Virus record (IMG/VR): IMGVR_UViG_3300049781_000043
Coordinates: 1 to 45,765 of that record
Strand: one strand, 5' to 3'
From: a virus
Taxonomy: Duplodnaviria > Caudoviricetes
DNA length: 45,765 nucleotides
Shown here: piece after piece, positions 9,396 through 18,790 of the stretch
Layout of the letters: each line of letters starts with the position of its first letter
Position numbering within the stretch: position 1 is the first letter of the stretch
Program-made: the position numbers and the translations under genes
Notes under the pieces: generated by a model
Told to the model about the DNA's origin: nothing
What the model saw: the letters and a program-made list of their open reading frames with translations, nothing else
Database searches by the model: none

Positions 9396-9640
9396 GGCGG
9401 ATGCTCGCCGCCGCCGAGGCGGCGATCGACGCCGCCGCCGAGGACGAGAACGAGCGGAAGCGCACCCGGGCCAAGCTGTACGCCCCACCGAAGGCCGAGA
9501 TCGCCCGCCGCCGTGCGGCCGTCGAGGCGGGGGAGCGGCCCCGGCCGGCCGGGGGCGGGATGACCCTGGACGGTGCGCAGGCGCTCATGGCGCAGATGGC
9601 GGCGCAAGACGCACAGCTCACGGGCGGGCGCAGCGGCTAG
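9290..9640 (+). CDS. Tail assembly chaperone -1 frame extension (gpT-like)
   Basis: The -1 frame is open with high GC3 from ~9296 (YVVLRLVEAIAEGWEAWDG...MLAAAE) to TAG 9640. Confidence 0.7.
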   Translation, partial: PSYVVLRLVEAIAEGWEAWDGSLALQGVNPREWPLRRMLAAAEAAIDAAAEDENERKRTRAKLYAPPKAEIARRRAAVEAGERPRPAGGGMTLDGAQALMAQMAAQDAQLTGGRSG

Positions 9641-9718
9641 GCTGAGATCAGCCGGGCCGTGTGCCCGCCTGCTGCCGACTGGTTTTGGGCCGGGCACACC
9701 GCTGGTTCTGGGCCGGGT
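9638..9718 (+). promoter_or_regulatory. Late-leader element copies 4a (9674-9695) and 4b (9698-9718) with -10-like TAGGCT (9638-9643)
   Basis: GCCGACTGGTTTTGGGCCGGGC and ACCGCTGGTTCTGGGCCGGGT. Confidence 0.85.
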
Positions 9719-9747
9719 AACACCACTCACTCACGTGGGGTTGCCCG

Positions 9748-12700
9748 ATGGCCGGCGAGGAAGAGGATTACGGATCCGCCCGGATCACCATTGATCTGGA
9801 CGACGCTGACGCCGTCGCGGATGCCCGGGAGCTCGGCCTCCGTATCGCCCGCGCCCTGGACCGCGCCACCCGCACTATCGGTGCGCAGATCCGCCGCAAC
9901 ATCCAACGGGGCATCACGGCGGCCGGGGCCGTCAAGGTCAAGGTCGAGCCCGACCTCAGCGGCTTCAACGACGCGCTACTCACCGAGCTCCGGTCACGTC
10001 TCGACGCGATCCGTATTCCCGTCGAGCCGGACTTGCGCCGGTTCAACCGGGGGCTGATCCAGGGGCTAAGCGACCTGGACGGGATCAACATCCCGATCAT
10101 CCCGGACCTGCGGCGGTTCGAGACGCTGCTTCGCAACGGGCTCCGTGGCCTAGAGGTCCGTATCCCGGTCGTCCCGGACCTTGACGGTTTGGATGCTCGT
10201 ATCCGGGCGCACCGGCCGCCGGACATCAACGTCCGGGTCAACGCGGACGTCGACAACGACCGGCTGTCGCGCGCCCTGTCCGGCGTGGGCGGGATCGCTG
10301 GCCGGGTTGTCAGGGCGCTGCGTGGCCTGCTGGTCTTCGGTGCTGTCGGCATCGCCGCGGCGAGCGCCGCTCAGGGCGTGGGCGCGCTGCTGGCGGCGCT
10401 CGCTCCGGCGGGCGGCATCATCGCCGCACTCCCGGCCGTCATCGCCACCACACAGGTCGCCCTGGGCACGCTCAAGCTGGCCGTCCTCGGCGTCGGGGAT
10501 GCCCTCTCCGCTGCGTTTGCCGGGGACGCGAAGAAGTTCAGCGAGGCCCTGGAGAAGCTGTCACCGGCGGCGCAGAAGGCGGTGCTGGCGGTCAAGGCGC
10601 TGGGGCCGGAACTCCGCAACGTGCAGCAAGGCATCCAGCAGTCATTTTTCAAGCAGTTCTCCGGGGACATCACCAACGCGATCAAGAATTTGCTGCCGCT
10701 GAAAACGCAGCTCAACCAGGTCGCGACCGAGTTCGGCAAGGCTGCCTCCGAGGGACTGAAGTTCGCGGCGAGCGAGCAGGCCACCGCCCCCCTCAAGACG
10801 ATCATTCAGGGCACGGCGCAGGCCGCCTCCGGGCTCCAGTCCGCTATCGCCCCGCTCGTGAAGGGGTTCCTGGACGTTGCGGCCGCGGTCACCCAGGCGT
10901 TCGGCAAGCAGGTCGGCGACCGGATCGGGCAGGTCGGCGCGCAGGTCGGCACCTTCCTGTCCGCGTTCGCCGCTTCCGGGCGGGCCGTGGAAGTCGTGCG
11001 CGGCGCGCTGGCCGTCTTCCGTCAGCTGGGCGCCATCGCCAAGAACGTGGGCGGCATCCTCCGCGGCGTCTTCGCTGCCGCCGATGCTTCTGGCGGCGGG
11101 CTGCTGAACAACCTCCAGCAGATCACCGGTTCGTTCCGGGAGTTCGTCAACAGCGCGCGGGGCCAGGAGGCAATTCAGAACCTGTTCGGGACGGTCGCCA
11201 CCATCGCGGCGCAGCTCGGCCCCATTCTGTCGTCCCTGGTCACGCAGGTCGGGCGTATCGCACCGGCCTTGGGCCCGGTCTTTGAAGAGCTCGGCCCAGC
11301 CATCACCGGGCTGATCGACGCGCTCGGTCCGGCGGTCGCCAAGATCGCTCCGAGTCTGCAAGACGTGGCGCGCGGCCTGGGCGAGGCGTTCAAGGCGATC
11401 GGCCCGTCGCTGGAGCCGCTGGGAGCGTCGATCGGCAAGGTCCTGGAGGCGCTGTCACCGCTGCTGCCTTTGGCCGGGGAGATCGCGGCCACCCTCGCCG
11501 ACGTACTCGGCCCTGTCCTGGATGATCTGGTCGCCTTGTTCCGGCCGATCATCGACGCGGTAGCGGACTCGCTGATCCCCGTCTTGCCGGAACTCGGCGA
11601 AGCCTTCAAGGGGGTCGCCAAGGCCCTGGAGCCTCTTGCGGCAGCTCTGGGGCAGGGCCTCGGTGACGCGATCCGGGAGATCCTGCCGCCCCTGGCGAAG
11701 CTGCTGCCGAAAGCGATCAAGGACATGACGCCAGCCCTGGAGAAGCTGGTGGACGCGGTCTCGCCGCTGATCCCGCAGCTGATCGACCTGGCCAAAGAGG
11801 CGATCAAGCCGCTCCTTCCCGAACTGCCCAAGCTCGTACGGCTGTCGGCCGACATGGCGAAGACCTTCGCGGACCTCGCCGTCAAGCTCAAGCCCATCCT
11901 CCCGCCGCTGCTCAAGCTCACCGCCGCGCTCCTGAAGTTCGCCACCAGCAAGATCGTCGTTCCGCTGCTCAAGAAGATCATCAGCGGCCTGACCGGGCTG
12001 GCCCGCATCACCGAGAAAGTCCTCGGCAAGATCGGCGACTTCGTCGACGACGTCATCGGCTTCTTCCGGAAGCTGTACGACGTCCTCGTCGGCCACAGCA
12101 TTATCCCGGACTTGATCAACGGCATCGTCGGTTGGTTCCAGCGGCTGCCGGAACAAGTCGGCCAAGTCGTATCCAGCATGGTCGACTCGGTGATCGGCTG
12201 GTTCCAGAGCCTTCCCGGGAAGGTCGGCGAGGCCCTTACCGCCCTGGGCCAGTTCCTGCTGACGAAGTTGGGTGAGGCGTTCGGGCAGGGGAAGGCGGCG
12301 GCGTCGTCCTTTGTGGATGCGACGGTTGCCCTTCTGGCTGGCCTGCCTGCCAAGGCTTTCGGAGCGCTGGCTGGGCTGGGCCAGTTCCTGCTGACGAAGT
12401 TGGGTGAGGCGTTCACGCAGGGGAAGGCGGCGGCGTCGTCCTTCGTGGACGCGACGGTTGCCCTTCTGGCTGGCCTGCCTGCCAAGGCCCTCGGAGCGCT
12501 GGCCGGGCTGGGCCAGCTCATCCTGAGCAAGCTGGGTGAGGCGTTCGGGCAGGGGAAGGCGGCGGCGTCGTCCTTCGTGGGTGCGACTGTCGCCGTTCTG
12601 GCTGGCCTGCCTGGCAAGGCCCTCGGGGCGCTGTCCTCGCTCGGCTCCCGCTTGGCCGGTGTCCTCCGCAGTGCGGGTAACTCTGCCTTGGGCGCGGCCC

Positions 12701-14136
12701 GGTCGGCAGGCTCCTCCATCGTGTCCTTCTTCGGCGGGCTGCCCGGCCGTGTCCGCAGCGCGGTGTCCTCGCTCGGCTCGCGTGTCGCCGGTGTCTTCCG
12801 CAGTGCCGGATCGGCCGCGCTCGGCGCGGCCCGGTCGGCAGGCGCCAGCATCGTGTCCTACTTCAACGGCCTGCCCGGCCGGGTGAGGGGGGCCCTGTCC
12901 GGGGCCGGGTCGGCGCTGGTGGGTGTCGGTCGGGACCTGATCCGCGGCATGATCAGCGGCGTCTCGTCCATGGCGGGCTCCATCGCCTCGAAAGCGCGAA
13001 GTGTGGTGAGCGGGGCGATCTCCGCGGCTAAGAGCGCGCTGGGCATCAACAGCCCTTCCAAGGTGTTCGCAGCGATCGGCCGGGACACCGGGCGCGGTTT
13101 CATCCAGGGCCTCACCGGCACTGCCTCCAAGATCAAGGCAACGACGGACAAGCTCGCGCGAGACATCATCAAGGCATTCCAGGGCCGGAAGACCCGGCTA
13201 GACGATCGCCTCGTGGCCCTGGTCGACTCGGGGAACAAGAGGCTGACCAAGCTCGCGGCGCAGCGGGACAAGCTCGCGCAGCGGATCGCGGACGCCCAGA
13301 AGTTCGCCACGGACACCACGAAGGCGGCGCTCGCAGCGTTCAGCCTTCAGAGCCTCACGCAGGGGGACGAGGCGGTCACGAGGAAGGGGATCGCGGCCGG
13401 GCTCCAGGACGCCGTGAAGCGGGTGAAGTCGTTCACGGCGCAGATCAACACCCTCGCCCGCAAGGGGCTCCGTAAGGACCTGCTACAGCAGATCATCGGG
13501 CTCGGTCCGGAGCAGGGCGCCGAGATCGCGTCGGTCCTCGCGTCGTCGACGAAGGACTCCCTCAAGAGGATCAACTCGCTTCAGGGGCAGCTCGCGAAGG
13601 CGTCCGGGACCCTAGGCAAGTCCAGCGCCGACATCTTGTTCGATGCCGGGAAGAACGCCGGGAAAGGCTTCCTCGCCGGTCTCCAGGGCCAGCGCAAGGC
13701 GATCGAAAAGCTCATGCTCACCATCGCCAAGGGAATGCAGTCGGCTATCCGTAAGGCGCTGCGCATCAAGTCCCCGAGCCGGGTGTTCATGCGCATCGGC
13801 GACATGACCGGCCTCGGGCTTCACCTCGGTCTGCTCAACCGGCTCGGCGCGCTCCAGGACGAAAGCGCCACGGCGGCCCGCGCCCTCGCCGACGGTGTCC
13901 GCGCACAGCTGACCGGGCTCGGCTCCAGCCTGCCAGACGGCGGGGTCGTGATCCCGCTGACGAAGGCGCAGCGCGCCCGCCAGGGCGGAGCCGACGGCAC
14001 CGGCCGGGGCCGCGCGGCGGCCGGCACCGGAACCACGATGATCAACAACTTTCATATCCGGGAGGTCGGCGACGGGCACGTCACAGCTCAGCGCGTGATC
14101 AACCGGCTCGTACTCGCGGCGGGAGTGGGTGGCTGA
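9748..14136 (+). CDS. Tape measure protein
   Basis: 1462 aa Ala/Leu/Gly-rich helical repeats; GHSIIPDL and two I(N/K)SPS(K/R)VF motifs; follows chaperones. Confidence 0.95.
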   Translation: MAGEEEDYGSARITIDLDDADAVADARELGLRIARALDRATRTIGAQIRRNIQRGITAAGAVKVKVEPDLSGFNDALLTELRSRLDAIRIPVEPDLRRFNRGLIQGLSDLDGINIPIIPDLRRFETLLRNGLRGLEVRIPVVPDLDGLDARIRAHRPPDINVRVNADVDNDRLSRALSGVGGIAGRVVRALRGLLVFGAVGIAAASAAQGVGALLAALAPAGGIIAALPAVIATTQVALGTLKLAVLGVGDALSAAFAGDAKKFSEALEKLSPAAQKAVLAVKALGPELRNVQQGIQQSFFKQFSGDITNAIKNLLPLKTQLNQVATEFGKAASEGLKFAASEQATAPLKTIIQGTAQAASGLQSAIAPLVKGFLDVAAAVTQAFGKQVGDRIGQVGAQVGTFLSAFAASGRAVEVVRGALAVFRQLGAIAKNVGGILRGVFAAADASGGGLLNNLQQITGSFREFVNSARGQEAIQNLFGTVATIAAQLGPILSSLVTQVGRIAPALGPVFEELGPAITGLIDALGPAVAKIAPSLQDVARGLGEAFKAIGPSLEPLGASIGKVLEALSPLLPLAGEIAATLADVLGPVLDDLVALFRPIIDAVADSLIPVLPELGEAFKGVAKALEPLAAALGQGLGDAIREILPPLAKLLPKAIKDMTPALEKLVDAVSPLIPQLIDLAKEAIKPLLPELPKLVRLSADMAKTFADLAVKLKPILPPLLKLTAALLKFATSKIVVPLLKKIISGLTGLARITEKVLGKIGDFVDDVIGFFRKLYDVLVGHSIIPDLINGIVGWFQRLPEQVGQVVSSMVDSVIGWFQSLPGKVGEALTALGQFLLTKLGEAFGQGKAAASSFVDATVALLAGLPAKAFGALAGLGQFLLTKLGEAFTQGKAAASSFVDATVALLAGLPAKALGALAGLGQLILSKLGEAFGQGKAAASSFVGATVAVLAGLPGKALGALSSLGSRLAGVLRSAGNSALGAARSAGSSIVSFFGGLPGRVRSAVSSLGSRVAGVFRSAGSAALGAARSAGASIVSYFNGLPGRVRGALSGAGSALVGVGRDLIRGMISGVSSMAGSIASKARSVVSGAISAAKSALGINSPSKVFAAIGRDTGRGFIQGLTGTASKIKATTDKLARDIIKAFQGRKTRLDDRLVALVDSGNKRLTKLAAQRDKLAQRIADAQKFATDTTKAALAAFSLQSLTQGDEAVTRKGIAAGLQDAVKRVKSFTAQINTLARKGLRKDLLQQIIGLGPEQGAEIASVLASSTKDSLKRINSLQGQLAKASGTLGKSSADILFDAGKNAGKGFLAGLQGQRKAIEKLMLTIAKGMQSAIRKALRIKSPSRVFMRIGDMTGLGLHLGLLNRLGALQDESATAARALADGVRAQLTGLGSSLPDGGVVIPLTKAQRARQGGADGTGRGRAAAGTGTTMINNFHIREVGDGHVTAQRVINRLVLAAGVGG
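12244..12630 (+). repeat. Three tandem 132-bp (44-aa) repeats within tape measure gene
   Basis: Units start at 12244, 12376 and 12508 (LGQFLLTKLGEAFGQGKAAASSFV...). Confidence 0.9.
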
Positions 14137-15455
14137 TGGCGGCCGAGTGGTACATGAACTTCGGCGGCGTGGAGGTGGCGAACCACTCCCGCCTGACCAC
14201 CTACCTACAGACGGTGGGCTCCCCGCTCACCGACTTCAGCGGGTGCGGCTGCCCGACGTTCGGCGCCGAGATGCTGGAGGAACTGCCGTACACCACGCCG
14301 GACGACGAGGACAGCCCCGCGCCCTGGTACGACGCCGACGTCCCGCAGAGCACGGAGTTCGCGGGGATCATGGTCCTCGACGTCGCGGGCCTGGACGACT
14401 ACCCGGTCCAGCGGTCCGTGACCGGAGGGATCGCCGGCGGCGGGGCGCTCGGCCCTTCCCGGGCGCTGCCGCGCACGATCACGGTCACGGCCCTGGTCCT
14501 CGGCTCGACCTGTTGCGGGGTGGACTACGGGCGCCACTGGCTCGGGCAGGTGCTCCAGGGCTGCACTTCGGGGGAGTGCGACGGGGACTGTCTCCAGGTG
14601 TTCAACTGCTGCCCCGGCGAGGAGATGACCGCGGCTGAGTTCCAGGCGAACCACCGGCGCACGCTGCGCCGGGTCGCCCTCGTCGAGGGCCCTCGGGTCA
14701 TCGCGCGGGCGGGCGATGGGTGCGGCACCGGCCGGTGCCAGAGCGGCGCGGACATTCTCACCGTCGAGTGGGTGATGACCGCGGCCGTGCCGTGGCTGTG
14801 GACGGACCCGACGCCGGTGATCGAGGTCACCCCGCCCATGGACCTCGACAACTCCTGTGTCGAGTGGTGCGTCCACCCGGCCGGGAACGCCGGGTGTCCT
14901 GGCGGCTGCCGGTTCGCCGACTGCCCGGATCCCACGGCGGCGTGCGCGGACACCCGGTGCGCGACCGACCTGCCTCCGCTGCCAGGCCAGCCGCTCAACA
15001 CCTGCTACTGCCTGCCGCTGGCGTCGGAGCGGGCCTGTTACGAGATGGACCTGACCGGCCGGCCGAACTGGTCGTCGGACGTGCCGGTCATCACGGTCCG
15101 GTCGGGCTCCTCCGACCTGCGGAACGTGACGATCGAGATCTATGAGCAGAACGACCCCACGCTGACGTGCGAGGAGACCGCCGACCTCGACCGGTGCGCG
15201 CCTCACTCGTTCTGGCACGTCACGTACGTCCCGGCCGGGGGCGCGGTCACGATCGACGGGCAGACCGGGCGCGCCACGGTGGAGTGCGGCGGGGTGTGCG
15301 AGTCGTCCCCGGACGTCTACGGGAAGGACGGGATGCCCCCGACGTACAACCTCCTCGAATGCGCCTCGTACTGCGTCTGCATTTCTACGGATCTTCAGAG
15401 CCCGCCGGCGCTCGACGCCGTGGTCACGGTCAACGTCTCAGGCAGGGGGCTCTAG
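14136..15455 (+). CDS. Minor tail protein (distal-tail-like), Cys-rich
   Basis: TGATG-coupled to tape measure; 28 Cys in 439 aa by my count. Confidence 0.75.
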   Translation: MAAEWYMNFGGVEVANHSRLTTYLQTVGSPLTDFSGCGCPTFGAEMLEELPYTTPDDEDSPAPWYDADVPQSTEFAGIMVLDVAGLDDYPVQRSVTGGIAGGGALGPSRALPRTITVTALVLGSTCCGVDYGRHWLGQVLQGCTSGECDGDCLQVFNCCPGEEMTAAEFQANHRRTLRRVALVEGPRVIARAGDGCGTGRCQSGADILTVEWVMTAAVPWLWTDPTPVIEVTPPMDLDNSCVEWCVHPAGNAGCPGGCRFADCPDPTAACADTRCATDLPPLPGQPLNTCYCLPLASERACYEMDLTGRPNWSSDVPVITVRSGSSDLRNVTIEIYEQNDPTLTCEETADLDRCAPHSFWHVTYVPAGGAVTIDGQTGRATVECGGVCESSPDVYGKDGMPPTYNLLECASYCVCISTDLQSPPALDAVVTVNVSGRGL

Positions 15456-16499
15456 ATGGCGGTCGCGGGGTGCGGTACCCATACCGCCGCGGTGCTCGAC
15501 AGGAACGGCGCGACGGTCGCGGTCGCCGAGGTGCTGACCGAGGTGGAGTGGTCCAGGGTCCTGGACGGGGTCTCGACGGCGCGGGCGTTGATCCAGCCCG
15601 ATGGCGACTGCTGCAACCGGCTCGGCCGTGTTGGGACGTGGCGGAACCGGCTGGTGATCTTCCGTGATGGTCAGTACGTGTGGGACGGCCCGATCACCGG
15701 GATCTCGTGGTCCCTCGGTGAGGTGGAGCTGTCCGCCTCGGATGTCCTGGCCTGGCTCGACAACCGCGTCCCCCACGAAGCCCGGACGTTCACGAGCGTC
15801 GACCTCTCCGAGGTCGCGTCATGGCTGATCGAGGACGGCTACGCCCCCGACGACCCCGGGCACACGGTCCAGATCATCGACAAAGCCGGGGTCACCGGGT
15901 CGCGGACGTACTCGATCGGCATCGGCCAGACCGGGGACCACCTCCGCCAGCTCGCCGAAGCCGGGATCGACTTCACGGCCATCGGCTCGAAAATCCTGCT
16001 CCTGCCGGAAACGCACATGGCGAGCGTCGGCCGCCTCTCCGACGCCGACCTCCCCGACGGCCTCCAGGTTGCCGAGGACGGCGCGGCCCTCGTCACCCGG
16101 TGGGTTGTCGCCGGATCCGAGAACAGCGGCGCCATCGGGTCGTTCGGGGGCGTCGATCCCTACTACGGGCTGCATGAGCGGTACGTCGAAATGAGCGAGA
16201 TCACCGACAACGCCTCGGCGACGGAGGCCGCGAAGGCGCGGCAGCGGGTGAGCGGCGTGGTGCCGGTGTACGTGGACACCCAGCAGGTCACCATCAGTCC
16301 CCTCGCCGCGATCAACGTCCCCGCGCTGGTACCCGGCTGGTGCCTTGACGTCACCTCGGCCGGCACCTGCCGGACCGTGTCGCAGCGGCTGAAGATCACC
16401 GGTCTCAAAGTCGCTGAGACCGGCGGCGACGACAGCAGCCCCGGCGCGGAGAGCGTGCAAGTCCAGGTAGCGGCAAGCGGAGCGGAGGCGGCGGTCTGA
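15456..16499 (+). CDS. Minor tail protein (tail-tip hub/Gp37-like)
   Basis: EWSRVLDGVSTA and LVIFRDGQYVWDGPI motifs; second gene after tape measure. Confidence 0.75.
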   Translation: MAVAGCGTHTAAVLDRNGATVAVAEVLTEVEWSRVLDGVSTARALIQPDGDCCNRLGRVGTWRNRLVIFRDGQYVWDGPITGISWSLGEVELSASDVLAWLDNRVPHEARTFTSVDLSEVASWLIEDGYAPDDPGHTVQIIDKAGVTGSRTYSIGIGQTGDHLRQLAEAGIDFTAIGSKILLLPETHMASVGRLSDADLPDGLQVAEDGAALVTRWVVAGSENSGAIGSFGGVDPYYGLHERYVEMSEITDNASATEAAKARQRVSGVVPVYVDTQQVTISPLAAINVPALVPGWCLDVTSAGTCRTVSQRLKITGLKVAETGGDDSSPGAESVQVQVAASGAEAAV

Positions 16500-16954
16500 T
16501 GGCCATGCGTGGGAGCCCGGCCCGGCGGGTGCCGGGGAACCCTCTGGCGGGGGTACTGGTCCACCTCGACCAGCGCGCGAGGATCGGCGGCCGCAAACGG
16601 TCCCCCAGTGCCCCGGCGTTGGGCGAGGACACGTCGGCCCCGGCCGCGCCCGTGGCGGCGCCTGGCGCGCCCCTGGCGGCCGTTCTGACGTCCGGGGAGG
16701 ACGGGCGTGCCCGGCTCGACTTCCCGGCCCTGTACGGCCGCGTCCCGGCCGTCACCGCGGTCGCCGTCGACCCCGATCCCGGGGACGACGAACGCACCGT
16801 GTGGGCGGTGCTGGAGGAGGTCACCGGCTGGTACGCGACCGTCCGCGTGTGGCGGACCCGGGCGCGTCGAGGGTCGGGGGTCGCTGAGTCGGCCGGGCCG
16901 GGGGTGCGCGTCCACGTGATGGTGGCCCCCGTGGCAGGCGGCGAGGACGGTTAA
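16499..16954 (+). CDS. Putative minor tail protein
   Basis: TGATG overlap; resembles 525-830. Confidence 0.65.
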   Translation: MAMRGSPARRVPGNPLAGVLVHLDQRARIGGRKRSPSAPALGEDTSAPAAPVAAPGAPLAAVLTSGEDGRARLDFPALYGRVPAVTAVAVDPDPGDDERTVWAVLEEVTGWYATVRVWRTRARRGSGVAESAGPGVRVHVMVAPVAGGEDG

Positions 16955-16987
16955 CCTGCTGCTCGCGCCGCTGGTTGTGGGCCGGGC
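16952..16987 (+). promoter_or_regulatory. Late-leader element copy 5 (16967-16987) with -10-like TAACCT (16952-16957)
   Basis: GCCGCTGGTTGTGGGCCGGGC. Confidence 0.85.
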
Positions 16988-17014
16988 CGATCCTCCTGTG
17001 TCTGGAGTGCTCCC

Positions 17015-17737
17015 GTGGCCGCAGTGTGCGTAGATGACGACTACTTCGACGTCGGTCCGGACGGCCGACTCACGATGGTTCCGGGGTCCATGGGCCTGCG
17101 GGACATCCTGTACTTCAAGACCCCGGGGAGCTTCACGTTCGAGAAGGGTGACTACCCCTGGCTCTCGCGCATCTTCGTCCAGGTCCAGGCGGGCGGGGGA
17201 GGCGCGGCCGGCGCCCGCGCGAGCGCCAATTCGCTCGTGGCGCAGCCGGGCGGTTCGGGCGGCGGGTACGCGGAGCGGTTGGTCGAAGCCTCGACGTTGG
17301 GCGCCACGGAGTCGATCGTCGTCGGTGCGGGCGGCGACGCCGGGACGCCGACGGTCGACGGCGGTGCCGGTGGTGGCTCGTCCTTCGGTGGTCTGTGCAC
17401 GGCGCTGGGCGGCAACCCGGGCAACGCCGTCATGCCCTCGGGGGCGACGCCGATGTGCCTGTCCGGCACCTCGGGGCCCCTCGCGGGGGTGGGTGACTGG
17501 GCACAGGGTGGCGGCCCTGGTGGCGGCGCACTGCGGATCAACGGCAGCGATGGGCAGAGCGGCGAGGGCGGTGACTCCCACCTCGGTCACGGCGGCTGGC
17601 AGCGCGCCTCCAGCGGGGCGGGCGGCGCCACCCGCGGCTACGGCGCAGGCGCGGCCGGCGCCCTCGCCCGCGACGGTGACAGCGTCAACGGGACCGTTGG
17701 ATCGTCCGGGCTCGTCGTCGTCTGGCTCTTTGCCTGA
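17015..17737 (+). CDS. Glycine-rich domain tail fibre/spike protein
   Basis: VQVQAGGGG, GGSGGGYAE, VGAGG, SSFG and terminal GSSGLVVVW pattern of phage polyglycine-II domains. Confidence 0.8.
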   Translation: MAAVCVDDDYFDVGPDGRLTMVPGSMGLRDILYFKTPGSFTFEKGDYPWLSRIFVQVQAGGGGAAGARASANSLVAQPGGSGGGYAERLVEASTLGATESIVVGAGGDAGTPTVDGGAGGGSSFGGLCTALGGNPGNAVMPSGATPMCLSGTSGPLAGVGDWAQGGGPGGGALRINGSDGQSGEGGDSHLGHGGWQRASSGAGGATRGYGAGAAGALARDGDSVNGTVGSSGLVVVWLFA

Positions 17738-17744
17738 CCCCTCG

Positions 17745-17870
17745 GGCGGAGGGCCGTCCGCCCTGTCGTCCGCCCCTGGCGGACGGTGCGTCCCCGCAGG
17801 CCAGGAGCGCCGTCCGCCCTCGGCGTCCGCCGTCCGTCCGCGCGGTCGTCCGCACCCGGACGGGCGGGGC
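17745..17870. repeat. Intergenic cluster of CGTCCG/CGGACG short repeats
   Basis: Multiple G(C/T)CGTCCGC units and inverted CGGACGG copies. Confidence 0.65.
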
Positions 17871-17875
17871 GTCGA

Positions 17876-17913
17876 TAGACTCGACGACGCACGCCGCTGG
17901 TTATGGGCCGGGT
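17876..17913 (+). promoter_or_regulatory. Late-leader element copy 6 (17893-17913) with -10-like TAGACT (17876-17881)
   Basis: GCCGCTGGTTATGGGCCGGGT. Confidence 0.85.
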
Positions 17914-17942
17914 CGTTGCAAGTCCGCGAGGACGGTGACTCA

Positions 17943-18779
17943 GTGGCGCGATGCGGCTGCGCGGGCGGTCAATGCGACTGCAAGGTAGAGCCCGGTACGA
18001 ACGTGTCGGTGAGCGGCAGCGGCTCCCCGGCGAACCCCTATGTGATCTCGGCGGAGGTCCCGTGCGAGGACGTCCGCGCGTGCCTGTCGGCCGGGCCCGG
18101 GATCACCTTCGATGCGGCGACCGGACAGATCTCCGGCCACCTCTCCAGCCAGGCCGGTAACAACATCACGGTCGGCCCGGACGGCGGTCTCATGGTGCCG
18201 ACGGCCGGGGGCCAGGTGCTCACCGGCTGCGGCCTGACCGGCAACGGCTCGGCCTCCGCGCCGGTCGCGGCGAACACGCAGGCGTGGCCGTACGGGTGCG
18301 CCGTCGACACCTACGCGGGCGGGGTCTACTGCGACACCCAAGGGAGGCTGCGGTCCGAGCCGCGGGGGAACCTCTCGTTCATCAGCTACTTCGACAACCG
18401 GGACTACAACGACATCGCCGTCCCAGCCGCACAGAACACCGTGCTCGACTCCTTCACGGTCAACGTGACCAACCCGGATCCCTGTCGTCAGGCGATGGTT
18501 CTGACGGAGCGAGAGGTCGACGTCTACGTGGCGCTTCCGGCCGGGGCCGCCGCGGGCACCGGGCAGGGCTCCGATGAGATGTTCTACATGCGCAACACCG
18601 GCACCTCGACGATCGTCGGAGTGCATGCGCAGAGCACGAAGTTCATCTCGGAGTCGTCCCTCCTCCCGCCCGGGGCGACGATGCCGGTGACGCTGAACGC
18701 GACCGGTGGCCGCGGTGCGGGCGGCGCCTACTACTACCAAATCAACTTCATCCTGCGGACCATGATCATCAGCCTGTGA
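17943..18779 (+). CDS. Cys-rich fibre-like virion protein, paralog C
   Basis: GTG 17943 (MARCGCAGGQCDC); shares AWPYxCxVD..G.V.CD..G.LRSEPRG and NPDPCR with 908-1915. Confidence 0.75.
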   Translation: MARCGCAGGQCDCKVEPGTNVSVSGSGSPANPYVISAEVPCEDVRACLSAGPGITFDAATGQISGHLSSQAGNNITVGPDGGLMVPTAGGQVLTGCGLTGNGSASAPVAANTQAWPYGCAVDTYAGGVYCDTQGRLRSEPRGNLSFISYFDNRDYNDIAVPAAQNTVLDSFTVNVTNPDPCRQAMVLTEREVDVYVALPAGAAAGTGQGSDEMFYMRNTGTSTIVGVHAQSTKFISESSLLPPGATMPVTLNATGGRGAGGAYYYQINFILRTMIISL

Positions 18780-18790
18780 GGAGCGCTGCC

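Noticed and set aside
908-18779. Diversity-generating retroelement acting on fibre paralogs
   Set aside because: No reverse transcriptase in the window and no near-identical TR/VR pair differing only at adenines
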